Source: Macrostomum lignano (Eukaryota). From it: a DNA stretch of 64,000 nucleotides. The stretch is taken from assembly GCA_002269645.1 (NCBI GenBank), contig NIVC01002777.1, forward strand, positions 62,001 through 126,000, in the 5' to 3' direction. This document shows, piece after piece, positions 1 to 12,912 of the stretch. The translations under genes and the position numbers were made by a program. The notes below the pieces were generated by a model. It did no database searches. It was not told the origin of the DNA and saw only the letters and a list, made by a program, of their open reading frames with translations. Each line of letters opens with the position of its first letter. Position 1 is the stretch's first letter.

Positions 1-1258
1 TTCAATATACTCAAAAAAGAACAATAGCTTGCAATTCCATAGATAAATGTACTATACAATCATAAAGCAGTCCAAAAGATGAAACAAGTGAACAAATTAA
101 TGGTAGCTAAATTGTTTGTTATAGTCAATCACCACATAACCTCCACAGGTGGCACAATCCAATCTGAGGCTGCTGGTCATTTAGCTATCCAGCCATTTTT
201 AGTTGTAGCATGTTATCTTTGTTGTTAGTATTACTTCGTTTTTCAACTACCTTTTCAAATGTAGCTTTAGTTGTACTTCCTAATTTGATGATGATGCTTA
301 AAATCAATGATAAAATCAAATCTTAAAACAATGATCCTTAAAATACAAAATTGAGACCATTAAATAAACTTGTCAGAGTGGAGCTAGGTTACCAAAGAAG
401 AGTTTAAAAAAGGGCAGTCAGTACAAAGATGCCAGTTTTTGGAAGATTTCTGCCATTGTTTCAGTCTTCACCATTCTAAGTTTATTTATTATTACCAATT
501 GTCCTTCATACAATACTATTCAAATTTATGTTGTATGGACTAAATTTGTCCTAAAATATCCAATACAATGTGTTGGTGGCAGCTAAATCAGTTTTTAAAG
601 ATGTGATTTTTCATGCTTGTGACTTTTTGAGCTTTTGTTGCTAAACTTTTCGGCGATGTGAGCTAAACTTTTCGACAATGTGAGTTTTTGAGCTTATGAC
701 TTTTCGAGCTTGTGATGGAGCCCTGTTTCGATGATTTGATTTTTCGAGCTTGTGATGGCAACCCATTTCAATTGCGCAAATAGCTATTAGATTAGGAAAT
801 CTATGCTATTATCTATTGTAGATATAGTGAAACATTTAAAAAATATCTTTTTTGAAAATACATAATGTATGTTTACTATATATACTATTTATAAAGTTCA
901 CAGCATAATAACTTAAAGATGCGACCATTTTACTTAATTAAGTTTTTATCAATTTATCAATTTCATTAGAACTAAAATAGTTTATTATAAATATATATGG
1001 ATGAATGCAGTTGTGTTTAAGTAATTAGCCAATTTGTATATTTAAATTAATTTAATTTCTAGTCAGAGGCTGGAGCATATCTAGGATTTTTTGGAGTAAT
1101 GGCTGACTTATTTGACCATTTTGATATGCCATAAATGCTACTCCACTAGAAATCTAAGGTTATAACAATCAAGCATTGTACTCTATTCATGGCTATCCCA
1201 GTCAGTATTGCATGTGCTAGTAAATAAACTGATTATTGGCAGCAGTAGCAGCAGCACC

Positions 1259-1580
1259 ATGCAGGCAGCTCAATCTGGCTGGCCAGCAGCTGTTGCCGCT
1301 GCCGCGTCCTCTGCTCCCTCAGCAGCAACAACTAGTGTTACCATGGAGACCAGAGACAATTACTCTGAAGGCAATGGTCGGGCAATTATGAAAGTGGAGG
1401 AAGACGACATAGATGAGGAAGAAGCAGATGATCCGCAGCAGCGGCGAGATCAGGATCCAGATGATGACGCTGAGGGCGTGTGGAGTCAGGACATCGAGCA
1501 GAGCTTCCAAGAGGCGCTGGCCATGTATCCACCTTGTGGGCGGCGGAAAATCATTCTGCAGGAGGAGGGCAGAATGTATG
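1259..1580 (+). CDS. TEAD: TEAD/scalloped transcription factor, exon 1 (start of TEA domain)
   Basis: ATG at 1259; encodes [39 protein letters not shown], the canonical TEA N-half; donor G|GTGAGT at 1581. Confidence 0.93.
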
Positions 1581-1604
1581 GTGAGTTGGCTTTATTGCTT
1601 AATG

Positions 1605-2030
1605 GGAATCGCTCCCTTGCTCAGAGGCGAATCGCTCATTTGCTTAGAGGGGAATCGCTCATTTGCTCAGAGGGGAATCGCTCATTTGCTCAGAGGGGAA
1701 TCGCTCATTTGCTCAGAGGGGAATCGCTCATTTGCTCAGAGGCGAATCGCTCATTTGCTTAGAGGGGAATCGCTCATTTGCTCAGAGGGGAATCGCTCAT
1801 TTGCTCAGAGGGGAATCGCTCATTTGCTCAGAGGGGAATCGCTCATTTGCTCAGAGGGGAATCGCTCATTTGCTCAGAGGGGAATCGCTCATTTGCTCAA
1901 AGGCGAATCGCTCATTTGCTTAGAGGGGAATCGCTCATTTGCTCAGAGGGGAATCGCTCATTTGCTCAGAGGGGAATCGCTCATTTACTAAGGGGGAATT
2001 TATCATTTGCTCAGGGGGAATCTCACTCCT
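1605..2030. repeat. 23-bp minisatellite (GAGGGGAATCGCTCATTTGCTCA)n in TEAD intron 1
   Basis: Direct reading of tandem units. Confidence 0.95.
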
Positions 2031-2516
2031 TGGCAACAGTCTCTGTGCTTCACTCAAAACGCTCTTATCATTGCCGCCCGCCTATATGGCATGGGTCAGA
2101 AAGGGAGAATCCTAAAAATATTGTAATCTTGCGCTATGCGCGGCATTGCACGCCGTGGACTTGAAGATACCCCCACGCCCACACGTGCCAGAGTTCCTGT
2201 GCATTCATTCGCTCACTCATCCGCTGACCAGAGTGACTGTGCATTCGGCATTGCTGGCCAAAACGTTGAATTCCTAATAACAACTGTACACGCGCACACC
2301 TTGTACGCTCCTGTTAAATAACCTGTACCTTGTGTAACTGTAGCTACTGTACTCAGTACTGTACAGTTCCATGCATTATATTGTAGACTCTATAAAAAAA
2401 CGTATAAAAAGCCTTTTTGGCTTTCCTACATGAGAGTCGGAAAATGGATTTATAGACATGCATACATCCTATTCTTTGTGTCAGCAATGTGGAGACTGTG
2501 GGTTAGGCCTGTCGTA

Positions 2517-2548
<32 letters not shown>

Positions 2549-2663
2549 TGGGTCTCCTGTCAATATAAAATACTAGCCTACACATAGTGGTGCGCGCACA
2601 CAGCTTATAGCTCTCTATACTAGTGAGTAGGGGGGGTTAAGAAGTTGGCGTGGATGCATTGAA

Positions 2664-2775
<112 letters not shown>

Positions 2776-3004
2776 CTTTCCCTAGCCAGTATGAGGACAG
2801 GGTGTTGAGTAGGATCTGCGAGTGCACAGTTATAGAGCTAGCTATTTGGCTGGGGTAGATGCGTCCCTGCATCCCAGCTCTCAAGCTATTCATTTTTATT
2901 CTGCCTGGATTTTCCCGGCTTGTTTTGTTCTCGGGATGGATAATTTTTTGCTGAATTATATTTCCTTCTAGCTGCTATAGTATTGCGGAATCCTTGCTGC
3001 TCTT

Positions 3005-4925
3005 GTAGATGGGGCAAGTCTCAGATGGGGCAAGTGTCATAGATAGGGCAAGTCTCGTAGATGGGACAAGTGTCATAGATGGCCAAGTCTCATGGATAGA
3101 ACTAGTCTCATAGATAGGGCAAGTCTCATAGATGGGCCAAGTCTCATAGTTGGGGAAAGTCTCATAGATAGGGCAAGTCTCATAGATAAGGCAAGTCTCA
3201 TAGATGGGCCAAGTCTCATAGATGGGGCAAGTCTCATAGATGGGCCAAGTCTCATAGATAGACCAAGTCTCATAGATGGCCAAGTCTCATGGATGGGGCA
3301 AGTCTCATAGATGGGGCAAGTCTCATAGATGGGGCAAGTCTCATAGATGGGGCAAGTCTCATAGATGGAGCAAGTCTCATAGATGGGGCAAGTCTCATAG
3401 ATGGGCCAAGTCTCATAGATAGACCAAGTCTCATAGATGGTCAAGTCTCATGGATGGGGCAAGTCTCATAGATGGGGCAAGTCTCATATATGGGGCAAGT
3501 CTCAGATGGGGCAAGTCTCATAGATAGGGCAAGTCTCATAGATGGGCCAAGTCTCATAGATAGACCAAGTCTCAAAGATAGTCTCATAGACATTGGCCCA
3601 TCTATCAAGTCTCATAGATGGGCCAAGTCTCATAGATGGGGCAAGTCTCATAGATGGGGCAAGTCTCATAGATGGGGCAAGTCTCATATATGGCCAAGTC
3701 TCATGGATGGGCCAAGTCTCATAGATAGACCAAGTCTCAAAGATAGTCTCATAGACATTGGCCCATCTATCAAGTCTCATAGATGGGGCAAGTCTCATAG
3801 ATGGCCAAGTCTCATGGATGGGGCAAGTCTCATAGATGGGGCAAGTCTCATATATGGGGCAAGTCTCATATATGGGGCAAGTCTCAGATGGGGCAAGTCT
3901 CATAGATGGAGCAAGTCTCATAGATGGGGCAAGTCTCATAGATGGGGAAAGTCTCATAGATAGGGCAAGTCTCATAGATAGGGCAAGTCTCATAGATAGG
4001 GCAAGTCTCATAGATGGGCCAAGTCTCATAGTTGGGGAAAGTCTCATAGATAGGGCAAGTCTCATAGATAGGGCAAGTCTCATAGATAAGGCAAGTCTCA
4101 TAGATGGGCCAAGTCTCATAGATGGGACAAGTTTCATAGATGGCCAAGTCTCATAGATGGGGCAAGTCTCATAATTAGACCAAGTCTCATAGATAGTCTC
4201 ATAGACATTGGCCCATCTATCAAGTCTCATAGATGGGCAAGTCTCATAGATGGGGCAAGTCTCATAGATGGGGCAAGTCTCATAGATGGGGCAAGTCTCA
4301 TAGATGGGGCAAGTCTCATAGATGGGGCAAGTCTCATAGATAAGGCAAGTCTCATAGATAGGGCAAGTCTCATAGATAGGGCAAGTCTCATAGATGGGGC
4401 AAGTCTCATAGATGGGGCAAGTCTCATAGATGGGGCAAGTCTCATAGATGGGGCAAGTCTCATAGATGGGGCAAGTCTCATAGATGGGGCAAGTCTCATA
4501 GATGGGGCAAGTCTCATAGATGGAGCAAGTCTCATAGATGGGGCAAGTCTCATAGATGGGGCAAGTCTCATAGATAGGGCAAGTCTCATAGATGGGGCAA
4601 GTCTCATAGATGGCCAAGTCTCATAGATAGTGCAAGTCTCATAGATAAGGCAAGTCTCATAAATGGGGCAAGTCTCATAGATGGGGCAAGTCTCATAGAT
4701 GGGGCAAGTCTCATAGATGGCCAAGTCTCATAGATAGGGCAAGTCTCATAGATGGGGCAAGTCTCATAAATGGGCAAGTCTCATAAATGGGCAAGTCTCA
4801 TAGATGGGGCAAGTCTCATAGATAGACCAAGTCTCATAGATGGGGCAAGTCTCATAGATGGGGCAAGTCTCATAGATAAACCAAGTCTCATAGATGGGCC
4901 AAGTCTCATAGATGGGCAAAACTCA
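3005..4925. repeat. 18-bp minisatellite (GATGGGGCAAGTCTCATA)n, about 1.9 kb, TEAD intron 1
   Basis: Direct reading; source of the YETCPI/SMRLAP/DGASLI pseudo-ORFs. Confidence 0.97.
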
Positions 4926-4993
4926 CAGATGGGACAGGCAAGGCAAGCCAAAGAACAGGGTTTCAGAGCAACAATCCGACCGCATTTGCCCAG

Positions 4994-5648
4994 GTCGCAA
5001 CGAGCTGATAGCACGCTACATCCGGCTCCGCACCGGCAAGACTCGCACGCGAAAGCAGGTGTCCAGTCACATCCAGGTGCTGGCCAGGCGCAGAACTAAA
5101 GAGGTGCAGAGCAACATCCGGGATCCGGCTACTAAAGAGCGGGCTATGCAAACTCTTAGCCAGTTGAGCTCCGCCCAGATTGTTAGCGCCGGTCTGGCTC
5201 CGGCTTCTACTAGGGGACAACAGCAGCAACAGCAACATCAGCCAGAGCCAGCATCAACAACAGTAGTCTCAGAGTCTCTGGAGCCAGATTCTCCCGTGTC
5301 CATTGCCGGGCCTCGTCTTCGATTGCGAGAATTAATCGCTTTCGTTGAAGCTCCAGCATTGGCTGATCCGGCCGACTCGAGCCAGCAGCAGCAACAGCAG
5401 CGTCGGGTTTGCCCCGACCGGCGCCATCTGTTTGCCAGCCTGACGGCCGCCTCCGCCGACGCCGCTCCGCCGCCCCTGGAATGCGTCGACGTGTCGCAGA
5501 TTGCCGACAAATTTCCAGAGCGTCGTGGCGGCCTGCGCGACTTTCTGGAGTCCGGACCAGACGGGGCCGCCTATCTGGTGAAGTTCTGGGCGGATATTAA
5601 TACACCTATCCCGGATGAGGCTGGCGCTTTCTACGGATTCGGGACCAC
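4994..5648 (+). CDS. TEAD: TEAD exon 2 (rest of TEA domain, start of YAP-binding domain)
   Basis: Acceptor CCCAG|GT completes Gly, then RNELIARYIRLRTGKTRTRKQVSSHIQVLARR ... YLVKFWADINT...AGAFYG; donor AC|GTGAG at 5649. Confidence 0.95.
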
Positions 5649-5714
5649 GTGAGCTGCCGGCTTTCATTCATATGGGCTAGTATCCTTTCTCAGCTCATTG
5701 GCTAATCACACTCT

Positions 5715-6372
5715 GTGTTGATCTATTCTCAGTTCATTTAATATCAAATCTCACCCAGTGTTGATCTATTCTCAGCTCATTTGACATCAAATCTCACCCA
5801 GTGTTGATATATTCTCAGCTCATTTAATATCAAATCTCACCCTGTGTTGATCTATTCTCAGTTTATTTAATATCCAATCTCACCCTGTGTTGATCTATGC
5901 TCAGCTCATTTGACATCTATCTCATCCTGTGTTAATCTATTCTCAGCTCATTTGACATCTATCTCATCCTGTGTCGATCTATTCTCAGCTCATTTGACAT
6001 CTTTCTCATCCTGTGTTGAACTATTCTCAGCTCATTTGACATCTATCTCATCCTGTGTTGAACTATTCTCAGCTCATTTGACATCTATCTCATCCTGTGT
6101 CGATCTATTCTCAGCTCATTTGACATCTATCTCATCCTGTGTTAATCTATTCTCAGCTCATTTGACATCTTTCTCATCCTGTGTTGAACTATTCTCAGCT
6201 CATTTGACATCTATCTCATCCTGTGTCGATCTATTCTCAGCTCATTTGACATCTATCTCATCCTGTGTCGATCTATTCTCAGCTCATTTGACATCTATCT
6301 CATCCTGTGTTAATCTATTCTCAGCTCATTTGACATCTATCTCATCCTGTGTTAATCTATTCTCAGCTCATT
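5715..6372. repeat. 42-bp minisatellite in TEAD intron 2
   Basis: Unit TCTATTCTCAGCTCATTTGACATCTATCTCATCCTGTGTCGA. Confidence 0.95.
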
Positions 6373-6944
6373 TCAAATCCAATCCCATCCATCGAATATT
6401 ACTACCTGAGCTCATCAGTTGGCATCTAATTTGCGTAATAAGTCTCGTCTCTATGCCGCCGCCTCCATATTTCACACAGAAATAGCTGAAGCGTGCTTCC
6501 CTCTGTTTTTTTGAAAAAAAACCAGAGAATCGTTTTTGCTTGCTGCTTCTGGTTGTGGCGGCTCAGCAGCAGAGAAATCCATACTGTAGGGCAAATAGGC
6601 AGTGACATTGGCGTAGGTAAGGTAAAGGGAAGTGGAGAAGACCTCTAGAAGCAACTCAATCAATACCAGCTTTGTAGATGCGAAGGTTGGTGTAGTAAGA
6701 GCTAGAAATTTCTCTCCATGTTTATTGGGCTGTTTATTCAGTAGGGAAACATTGCCAGCTGAAAGTCTAAGGGACAATAAAGCAGGAAGAAATTAAGGAT
6801 GAATGAGAGGATAGGACTGACTATTAATTTTTTGTCTCTAGCTTGAGTATGAAAGCGAGTATCATTGTCGGGTTTTAGACTTGCGCCCCAATTGCATCTA
6901 TAGTACTTTCTATCTATTCCACTATTTGTATTTTACTGATTTTA

Positions 6945-7117
<173 letters not shown>

Positions 7118-7162
7118 AATAGCTTACAAGGATTTTATTCGCTTCATTTTTTCCGTCTCAAG

Positions 7163-7400
7163 GTACGAAAGTACAGAGCGTCTAACGCTTTCCTGCTCAA
7201 CTAAAGTGTGCTCATTCGGCCGGCAAGTAGTTGAGAAAGTTGAGAAGCATATTGGTCCTAGGCTCGAGTCTGGCCGCTACGTATATCAAAGCGATCGAAG
7301 CCCGATGTGCGAGTACATGGTGAACTTTATTACTAAATTGCGGCAGCTACCGGAAAAGTACATGATGAATACTGTGTTGGAAAATTTTACTATTCTTCAG
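7163..7400 (+). CDS. TEAD: TEAD exon 3 (YAP-binding domain)
   Basis: Acceptor TCAAG|G; [27 protein letters not shown]...[34 protein letters not shown], with the palmitoylation Cys motif SPMCEY retained; donor CAG|GTGAGA. Confidence 0.95.
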
Positions 7401-7474
7401 GTGAGAACTTGACTAGTATATGTTCCCATCTATTATTTACCCCTTGTCTAACAGTGAGCTCACACTTCACACCA

Positions 7475-7878
7475 TTACCTATATCAGAGTGAGTTCACAT
7501 CTATATCAGAGTGAGTTCACATCTATATCAGAGTGAGTTCACATCTATATCAGAGTGAGTTCACACCTATATCAGAGTGAATTCACACCTTATATCAGAG
7601 TGAGTTCACACCTATATCAGAGTGAGTTCACTCCTATATCAGAGTGAGTTCACACCTTATATCAGAGTGAGTTCACACCTATATCAGAGTGAGTTCACAC
7701 CTATATCAGAGTGAGTTCACACCTATATCAGAGTGAATTCACACCTATATCAGAGTGAGTTCACACCTATATCAGAGTGAATTCACACCTATATCAGAGT
7801 GAGTTCACACCTATATCAGAGTGAGTTCACACCTATATCAGAGTGAGTTCACACCTATATGTGAGTGATCTCACACCC
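7475..7878. repeat. 22-bp minisatellite (CACCTATATCAGAGTGAGTTCA)n filling TEAD intron 3
   Basis: Direct reading. Confidence 0.95.
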
Positions 7879-7882
7879 GCAG

Positions 7883-7990
7883 GTGATCAATTGCGAATCG
7901 AGCGGCGACTCCCTGCTCTGCATTGCTTACGTATTCGAAGTGTCCTCAGGCGCGGCTCAGCATCACGTTTACCGGCTTAGCAGAGGCTAA
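7883..7990 (+). CDS. TEAD: TEAD exon 4 (C-terminus, stop)
   Basis: CCGCAG|VINCESSGDSLLCIAYVFEVSSGAAQHHVYRLSRG*; the four exons total 1323 nt = 440 aa plus stop. Confidence 0.93.
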   Translation: MINCESSGDSLLCIAYVFEVSSGAAQHHVYRLSRG

Positions 7991-8574
7991 TAAATCTTCG
8001 GCCTTTAAACTGAATTTTCTATTAAGTAAAATTTAATAGACTCTCATCAAGCAGTTGCTGTTAATGCTAGCACGGTCTCTTATTAATTTAGCTAGCTTGC
8101 TACCTGTAGCTACCTAATAGTATGTTTGTCTCAGTGCCTTCCTACATTTTTAAACTTTTAACAACACTGTCGCTAATGTTTTTTTTAATATACACAGGGT
8201 AAAACCGTACGCTATGCTTCCAATATATTGTCATCCAGTGCCTTGCTGACTATCTCCTAGCTGTCTGACTTAATTTCTTTGTTCAATTAATTTTTGTTTA
8301 AAACAGCTCTTTTTATATAAAAAACTTGTTCGTCTTTGAAACTGTTACACCATATCGTTGCTCTGTGTCTTCCCAAGTTTTTATTGAAACAAATCAGGGT
8401 GCTTTTTGTCCTTAGTTCTTATCAGAATACTTCAAATTTGTCAGGTTAATTGTGCGCAACATTTTTTCTAATTGTAGTTAAAATATTCGACTTTTCAAAT
8501 GTTCTCTGAGGCTTTCAGATCCTTCTTTTAAGATTATATTCCTTTAGAATCTGTTAAATCCCTTTTTTAGGAGC

Positions 8575-9425
8575 TTGTCGATTCCTCAAGAATCCCAGAG
8601 AATCTGTTGGGATCCCATTTCTGGTGTCGATTCCTCAAGAATCCCAGAAAATCTGTTGGGATCCCATTTCTGGTGTCGATTCCTCAAGAATCCCAGAGAA
8701 TCTGTTGGGATCCATTTCTGGTGTCGATTCCTCAAGAATCCCAGAGAATCTGTTGGGATCCCATTTCTGGTGTCGATTCCTCAAGAATCCCAGAGAATCT
8801 GTTGGGATCCCATTTCTGGTGTCGATTCCTCAAGAATCCCAGAGAATCTGTTGGGATCCATTTCTGGTGTCGATTCCTCAAGAATCCCAGAGAATCTGTT
8901 GGGATCCCATTTCTGGTGTCGATTCCTCAAGAATCCCAGAGAATCTGTTGGGATCCCATTTCTGGTGTCGATTCCCCAAGAATCCCAGAGAATCTGTTGG
9001 GATCCCATTTCTGATGTCGATTCCTCAAGAATCCCAGAGAATCTGTTGGGATCTCATTTCTGGTGTCGATTCCTCAAGAATCCCAGAGAATCTGTTGGGA
9101 TCTCATTTCTGGTGTCGATTCCTCAAGAATCCCAGAGAATCTGTTGGGATCCCATTTCTGGTGTCGATTCCCCAAGAATCCCAGAGAATCTGTTGGGATC
9201 CCATTTCTGATGTCGATTCCTCAAGAATCCCAGAGAATCTGTTGGGATCTCATTTCTGGTGTCGATTCCTCAAGAATCCCAGAGAATCTGTTGGGATCTC
9301 ATTTCTGGTGTCGATTCCTCAAGAATCCCAGAGAATCTGTTGGGATCTCATTTCTGGTGTCGATTCCTCAAGAATCCCAGAGAATCTGTTGGGATCTCAT
9401 TTCTGGTGTCGATTCCTCAAGAACC
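8575..9425. repeat. 49-bp minisatellite
   Basis: Unit GTCGATTCCTCAAGAATCCCAGAGAATCTGTTGGGATCCCATTTCTGGT. Confidence 0.96.
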
Positions 9426-10343
9426 CCGAAGCAGAAATCAGTCTACAAAAATTTTCCTGAAATTTTCTACGACTATCTACAGATACTACTTACAGTACTG
9501 TATTTTGATCTAGCTTTTAGTAGGCTCTGCGAGTTCTCAAAGTCGTCATTCTGGTCGCACAAGCCTACAGTGTGATATCTATATATAATTATTATGAGCA
9601 GGAGCAGAATAGCATATGTGTAAGTAATGATAGATAATTTATATACATTAATATTACGCGCCTGTTGCATAGAAATTAGTTTTACAATTAATTTACTACT
9701 CAAACTGATTGAGTATATGCCTAACACACATACGGTTCTGATTGCAAGCAGTGGCTCTTCATTTTGTATTAAATGGTTTTTTTTCTTTCGCATCGCGCCT
9801 TCGCTAACTCTAATCTGCTTGCTTGTAAAGAATTTCATTCAATTGAGAAAATTAAATCATTTTTTGGTTATACATTTAGTTAGTTGCGCTTTTTTTAGCC
9901 ACTTTATTGCTGATTAAAATGATTTTTTGGCGATGGGTGTCTGGAAAGCAGTGTTACGAAAAGAGACGGTTAGTTGATTGAATAAAGCAACTCGCTCAAC
10001 CAAAATGACACCAAATTTTGCACCCACCCTAAACTCACTACGGAGTGTCTTGGGCTACCTAAAATTTCCTAAATTAAAATGCTTCCTGTCTAAAAGGGAA
10101 AAATCCTCCATAGCGTTGCTTCACTTTACCAATCCTATTCAAATTTGACACAAAAATCTTCAACTATTTTGGTCATTAATTCTGAACGGCGCTGTGCACT
10201 TTTAAAGTTGGCTTGTTTTTTTTTCAGAGCGACAACCACCCCAACCTTTGCTTGGCTCCTTCCTTATCTGGCCAGATGTGTAAAATCTTGCAACTTTCTT
10301 TCGCACGCATTCGCTGTCTATGACCAAAACCAAGACAGTAAAC

Positions 10344-10730
10344 GACACACACACACACACACTCTCTCTCCCTCTCTCTCTACCCTCTCTCCTCTCTCCC
10401 TCTCTCTCTACTCTCTCTCCCTCTCTCTCCTCTCTCTCTACTCTCTCTTCTCTCTCTCTACTCTCTCTCTCTCTCTACTCTCTCTCTCTCTCTCTCTACT
10501 CTCTCTCTCTCTCTCTCTCTCTACTCTCTCTCTTCCTCTCTCTCTCTACTCTCTCTCCTCTCTCTCCCTCTCTACTCTCTCTCCTCTCCCTCTCTCTCTC
10601 TACTCTCTCTCCCTCTCTCTCCTCTCTCTCTACTCTCTCCTCTCCCTCTCTCTCTCCTCTCTCTCTCCCTCTCTACTCTCTCTCCTCTCTCTCTCCCTCT
10701 CTACTCTCTCTCCTCTCTCTCTCCCTCTCT
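10344..10730. repeat. CT-rich compound microsatellite
   Basis: Direct reading. Confidence 0.93.
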
Positions 10731-11369
10731 CAGCGGAACCAATTGTGTGGGCCCTGCGGTTTTTACTAACAATGAGCTTCGATCAAAAGTAGCACTACTT
10801 TCCGGACGTCCCTCGTACTTTTTTTTAAGATGACGCGTATTTCTGCTTTTCTCCATCCAATTATTACAGATTCTTAAGAGATGAGAAACTCCCTTGAAAT
10901 TAGCGCATTGGATTTTATTTGTACTCTTGAATGCTGCGTGATTTTTTAAGGAAAAAACTGCACAATTGTCTTTGCTTTTTCAGTTTTATTTTGTTTGTTT
11001 GTTTGCGTCCATTTTTTCGTCGCGTTAAGTTGGGACCCAGTCTTGTCTGTTAACCCTCTTTGTAGGACTCTTTTTGTTTAAAATATATAGTGAGAACCTC
11101 TGCAATTTTTTAAGTGTTCGTCTTTTTTTCGCTTTTTAATATTATTTCTATTTTTAAATCCGATTTAGCTCCCGTGAGGAGAGTCAAATTGCTAGTCTAA
11201 TATACTAAGAATTTCGTTTCTACAAATTAAATGAGGAACTATTTTAGTAAATGAAGCATAACACAAAGCTAATTTAGCCAAATTATCAATGAGAAAATTT
11301 GGTTACCTGAAAATCCCTCAAATATTCCTTAATAAGATTCCCTATTCCCTGAGATCCAATGCCCAGGAC

Positions 11370-11682
11370 TTTATTGGGACTCCCAGAACACTCAGGGCTT
11401 CAAGATATCCCATTGGGACTTGCAGAACACTCCAGTGCCTCAAGATATCCCATTGTGATTCCCAGAACACTCCAGTGCCTCAAGATATCCCATTGGGATT
11501 CGCTGAACACTCCAGTGCCTCAAGATATCCCATTGGGATTCGCTGAACACTCCAGTGCCTCAAGATATCCCATTGGGATTCCCAGAACACTCAGTGCCTC
11601 AAGATATCCCATTGGGATTCCCAGAACACTCAGTGCCTCAAGATATCCCATTGGGATTCCCAGAACACTCAGTGCCTCAAGA
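11370..11682. repeat. 39/40-bp minisatellite directly upstream of the HMG exon
   Basis: Unit CCTCAAGATATCCCATTGGGATTCCCAGAACACTCAGTG. Confidence 0.93.
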
Positions 11683-11738
11683 TGCCCCGGATTTCGAATA
11701 TTTAATCTTTCTCGCCGTCCCGAACCGCCCGCCGCCAG

Positions 11739-12874
11739 CGCGCAGCCCACCCGCCGTCAAAGTGTCGCTCTCACGCATAATCGAAGACGTGACGACGCGG
11801 GCGGCCGCGGCAGCGGCCGACGCCGCAGCGGCGGCCGGCGGCGGCGATGCGTCCTCGGTGACGCCGCCGAGGCCGGCAAAGCCGCGCAAGCCGGCTGGCA
11901 CCGGGCGCCGGTCCCGGCAGGCGCGCCGCGATCCCCAGGAGCCGGTGAATCCCCGGTCGGCCTACACCGTATTCGTCAAAGAGAAGATGGAGCAGCTTGG
12001 CGCGCATATTAAAGACACGCCGGAGCTGAAGCTGAAAGGTCGCGACCAGATTAAAGTGGTAGCGCAGCAGTGGCGCGACCTGTCAGCGGATGAGAAGCAG
12101 CGCTACCAGCAGCTCTATACCAAAGCGTTCGCCGCCTACGAGCAGGAGTTGTCAGCCTACAAGCAGACTGAAGCGCACCGGGCCTTTCAAGAGAAGCTCA
12201 AAGCGTTGGACGCGCAACGGTCGGCTAGCAATCATCCGTCTACGTCGGCGCCAAGTCCGGCTAAGAGAGCCAAAACTGGTTCCGGCGCTGGCAGCGGCGC
12301 GGGAAGCGGCGCCGGAGCTCGTCCTGGCGGCGCCGCTGCGGCGGGGGCGGCGGCGACTGCGCCGGCCGCTACTGCTGGCGTCCGGAAATCAACTGGGGAC
12401 GAGTCGTCCATTCTCAATAATAGCCAAGCGGCCGGGTCTGTTGTTGTCAACCAGCAGCAACCGCAGCAGCAACAGCAACAGTCACTTCAGCAGCAGCTGC
12501 TGGTCCCGACTACAGTGGGCCAGCAGCTGCTGGTACCGGCTGGTCAGCAGCAGATGCTACTACCGGCTGGAGCTCAACAACAGGTGCTGGTGCCCGCTAG
12601 TGCTCAACAACAGGTACTGGTGCCCGCTAGCGGTCAGCAACAGGTGCTCGTGCCTGCTAGTCGTCAGCAACAGATGCTGGTGTCTGCCGGAGGTCAGCAG
12701 CAGATGCTAGTGCCCGCTAGTGGTCAGCAACAGGTGTTAGTACCAGCTAGCGGTCAGCAGCAGGTGCTGGTGTCTGCCAGCGGTCAGCAACAGGTGCTGG
12801 TACCAGCCAGCCAGCTGTCCGGGCTGAATACTGGGCAGCAGCAGTTCCTGGTTCCGGCGGGCGGGCAGCAACAG
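11739..12874 (+). CDS. HMG-box protein, HMG20/BRAF35-like, internal exon with HMG box and 10-aa Gln-rich repeats
   Basis: HMG box RRDPQEPVNPRSAYTVFVKEK...VVAQQWRDLSADEKQRYQQLY...YEQELSAYKQTEAHRAFQEK resembles the HMG20 box plus its KELRAYQQSEAY extension; donor CAG|GTGAGC at 12875. Acceptor is either 11738 or 11745 and the upstream exon was not identified. Confidence 0.75.
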
Positions 12875-12912
12875 GTGAGCTCGAAATTCTGTGCTTAATT
12901 TGATATGCTCGG

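Noticed and set aside
2975-5014. Long ORFs of YETCPI / SMRLAP / DGASLI repeats
   Set aside because: Translations of the 18-bp array inside TEAD intron 1; open only because the period is a multiple of 3
6842-6871. Apparent alternative TEAD exon (TAG|LEYESEYHC) echoing the YES motif
   Set aside because: Its phase is incompatible with the phase-2 donor at 5648; the exon at 7163 fits both phase and family sequence
8575-9425. Regularly spaced repeats resembling CRISPR arrays (also 40505-41120 and 59440-60250)
   Set aside because: No unique spacers and no cas genes; eukaryotic context; these are plain tandem repeats
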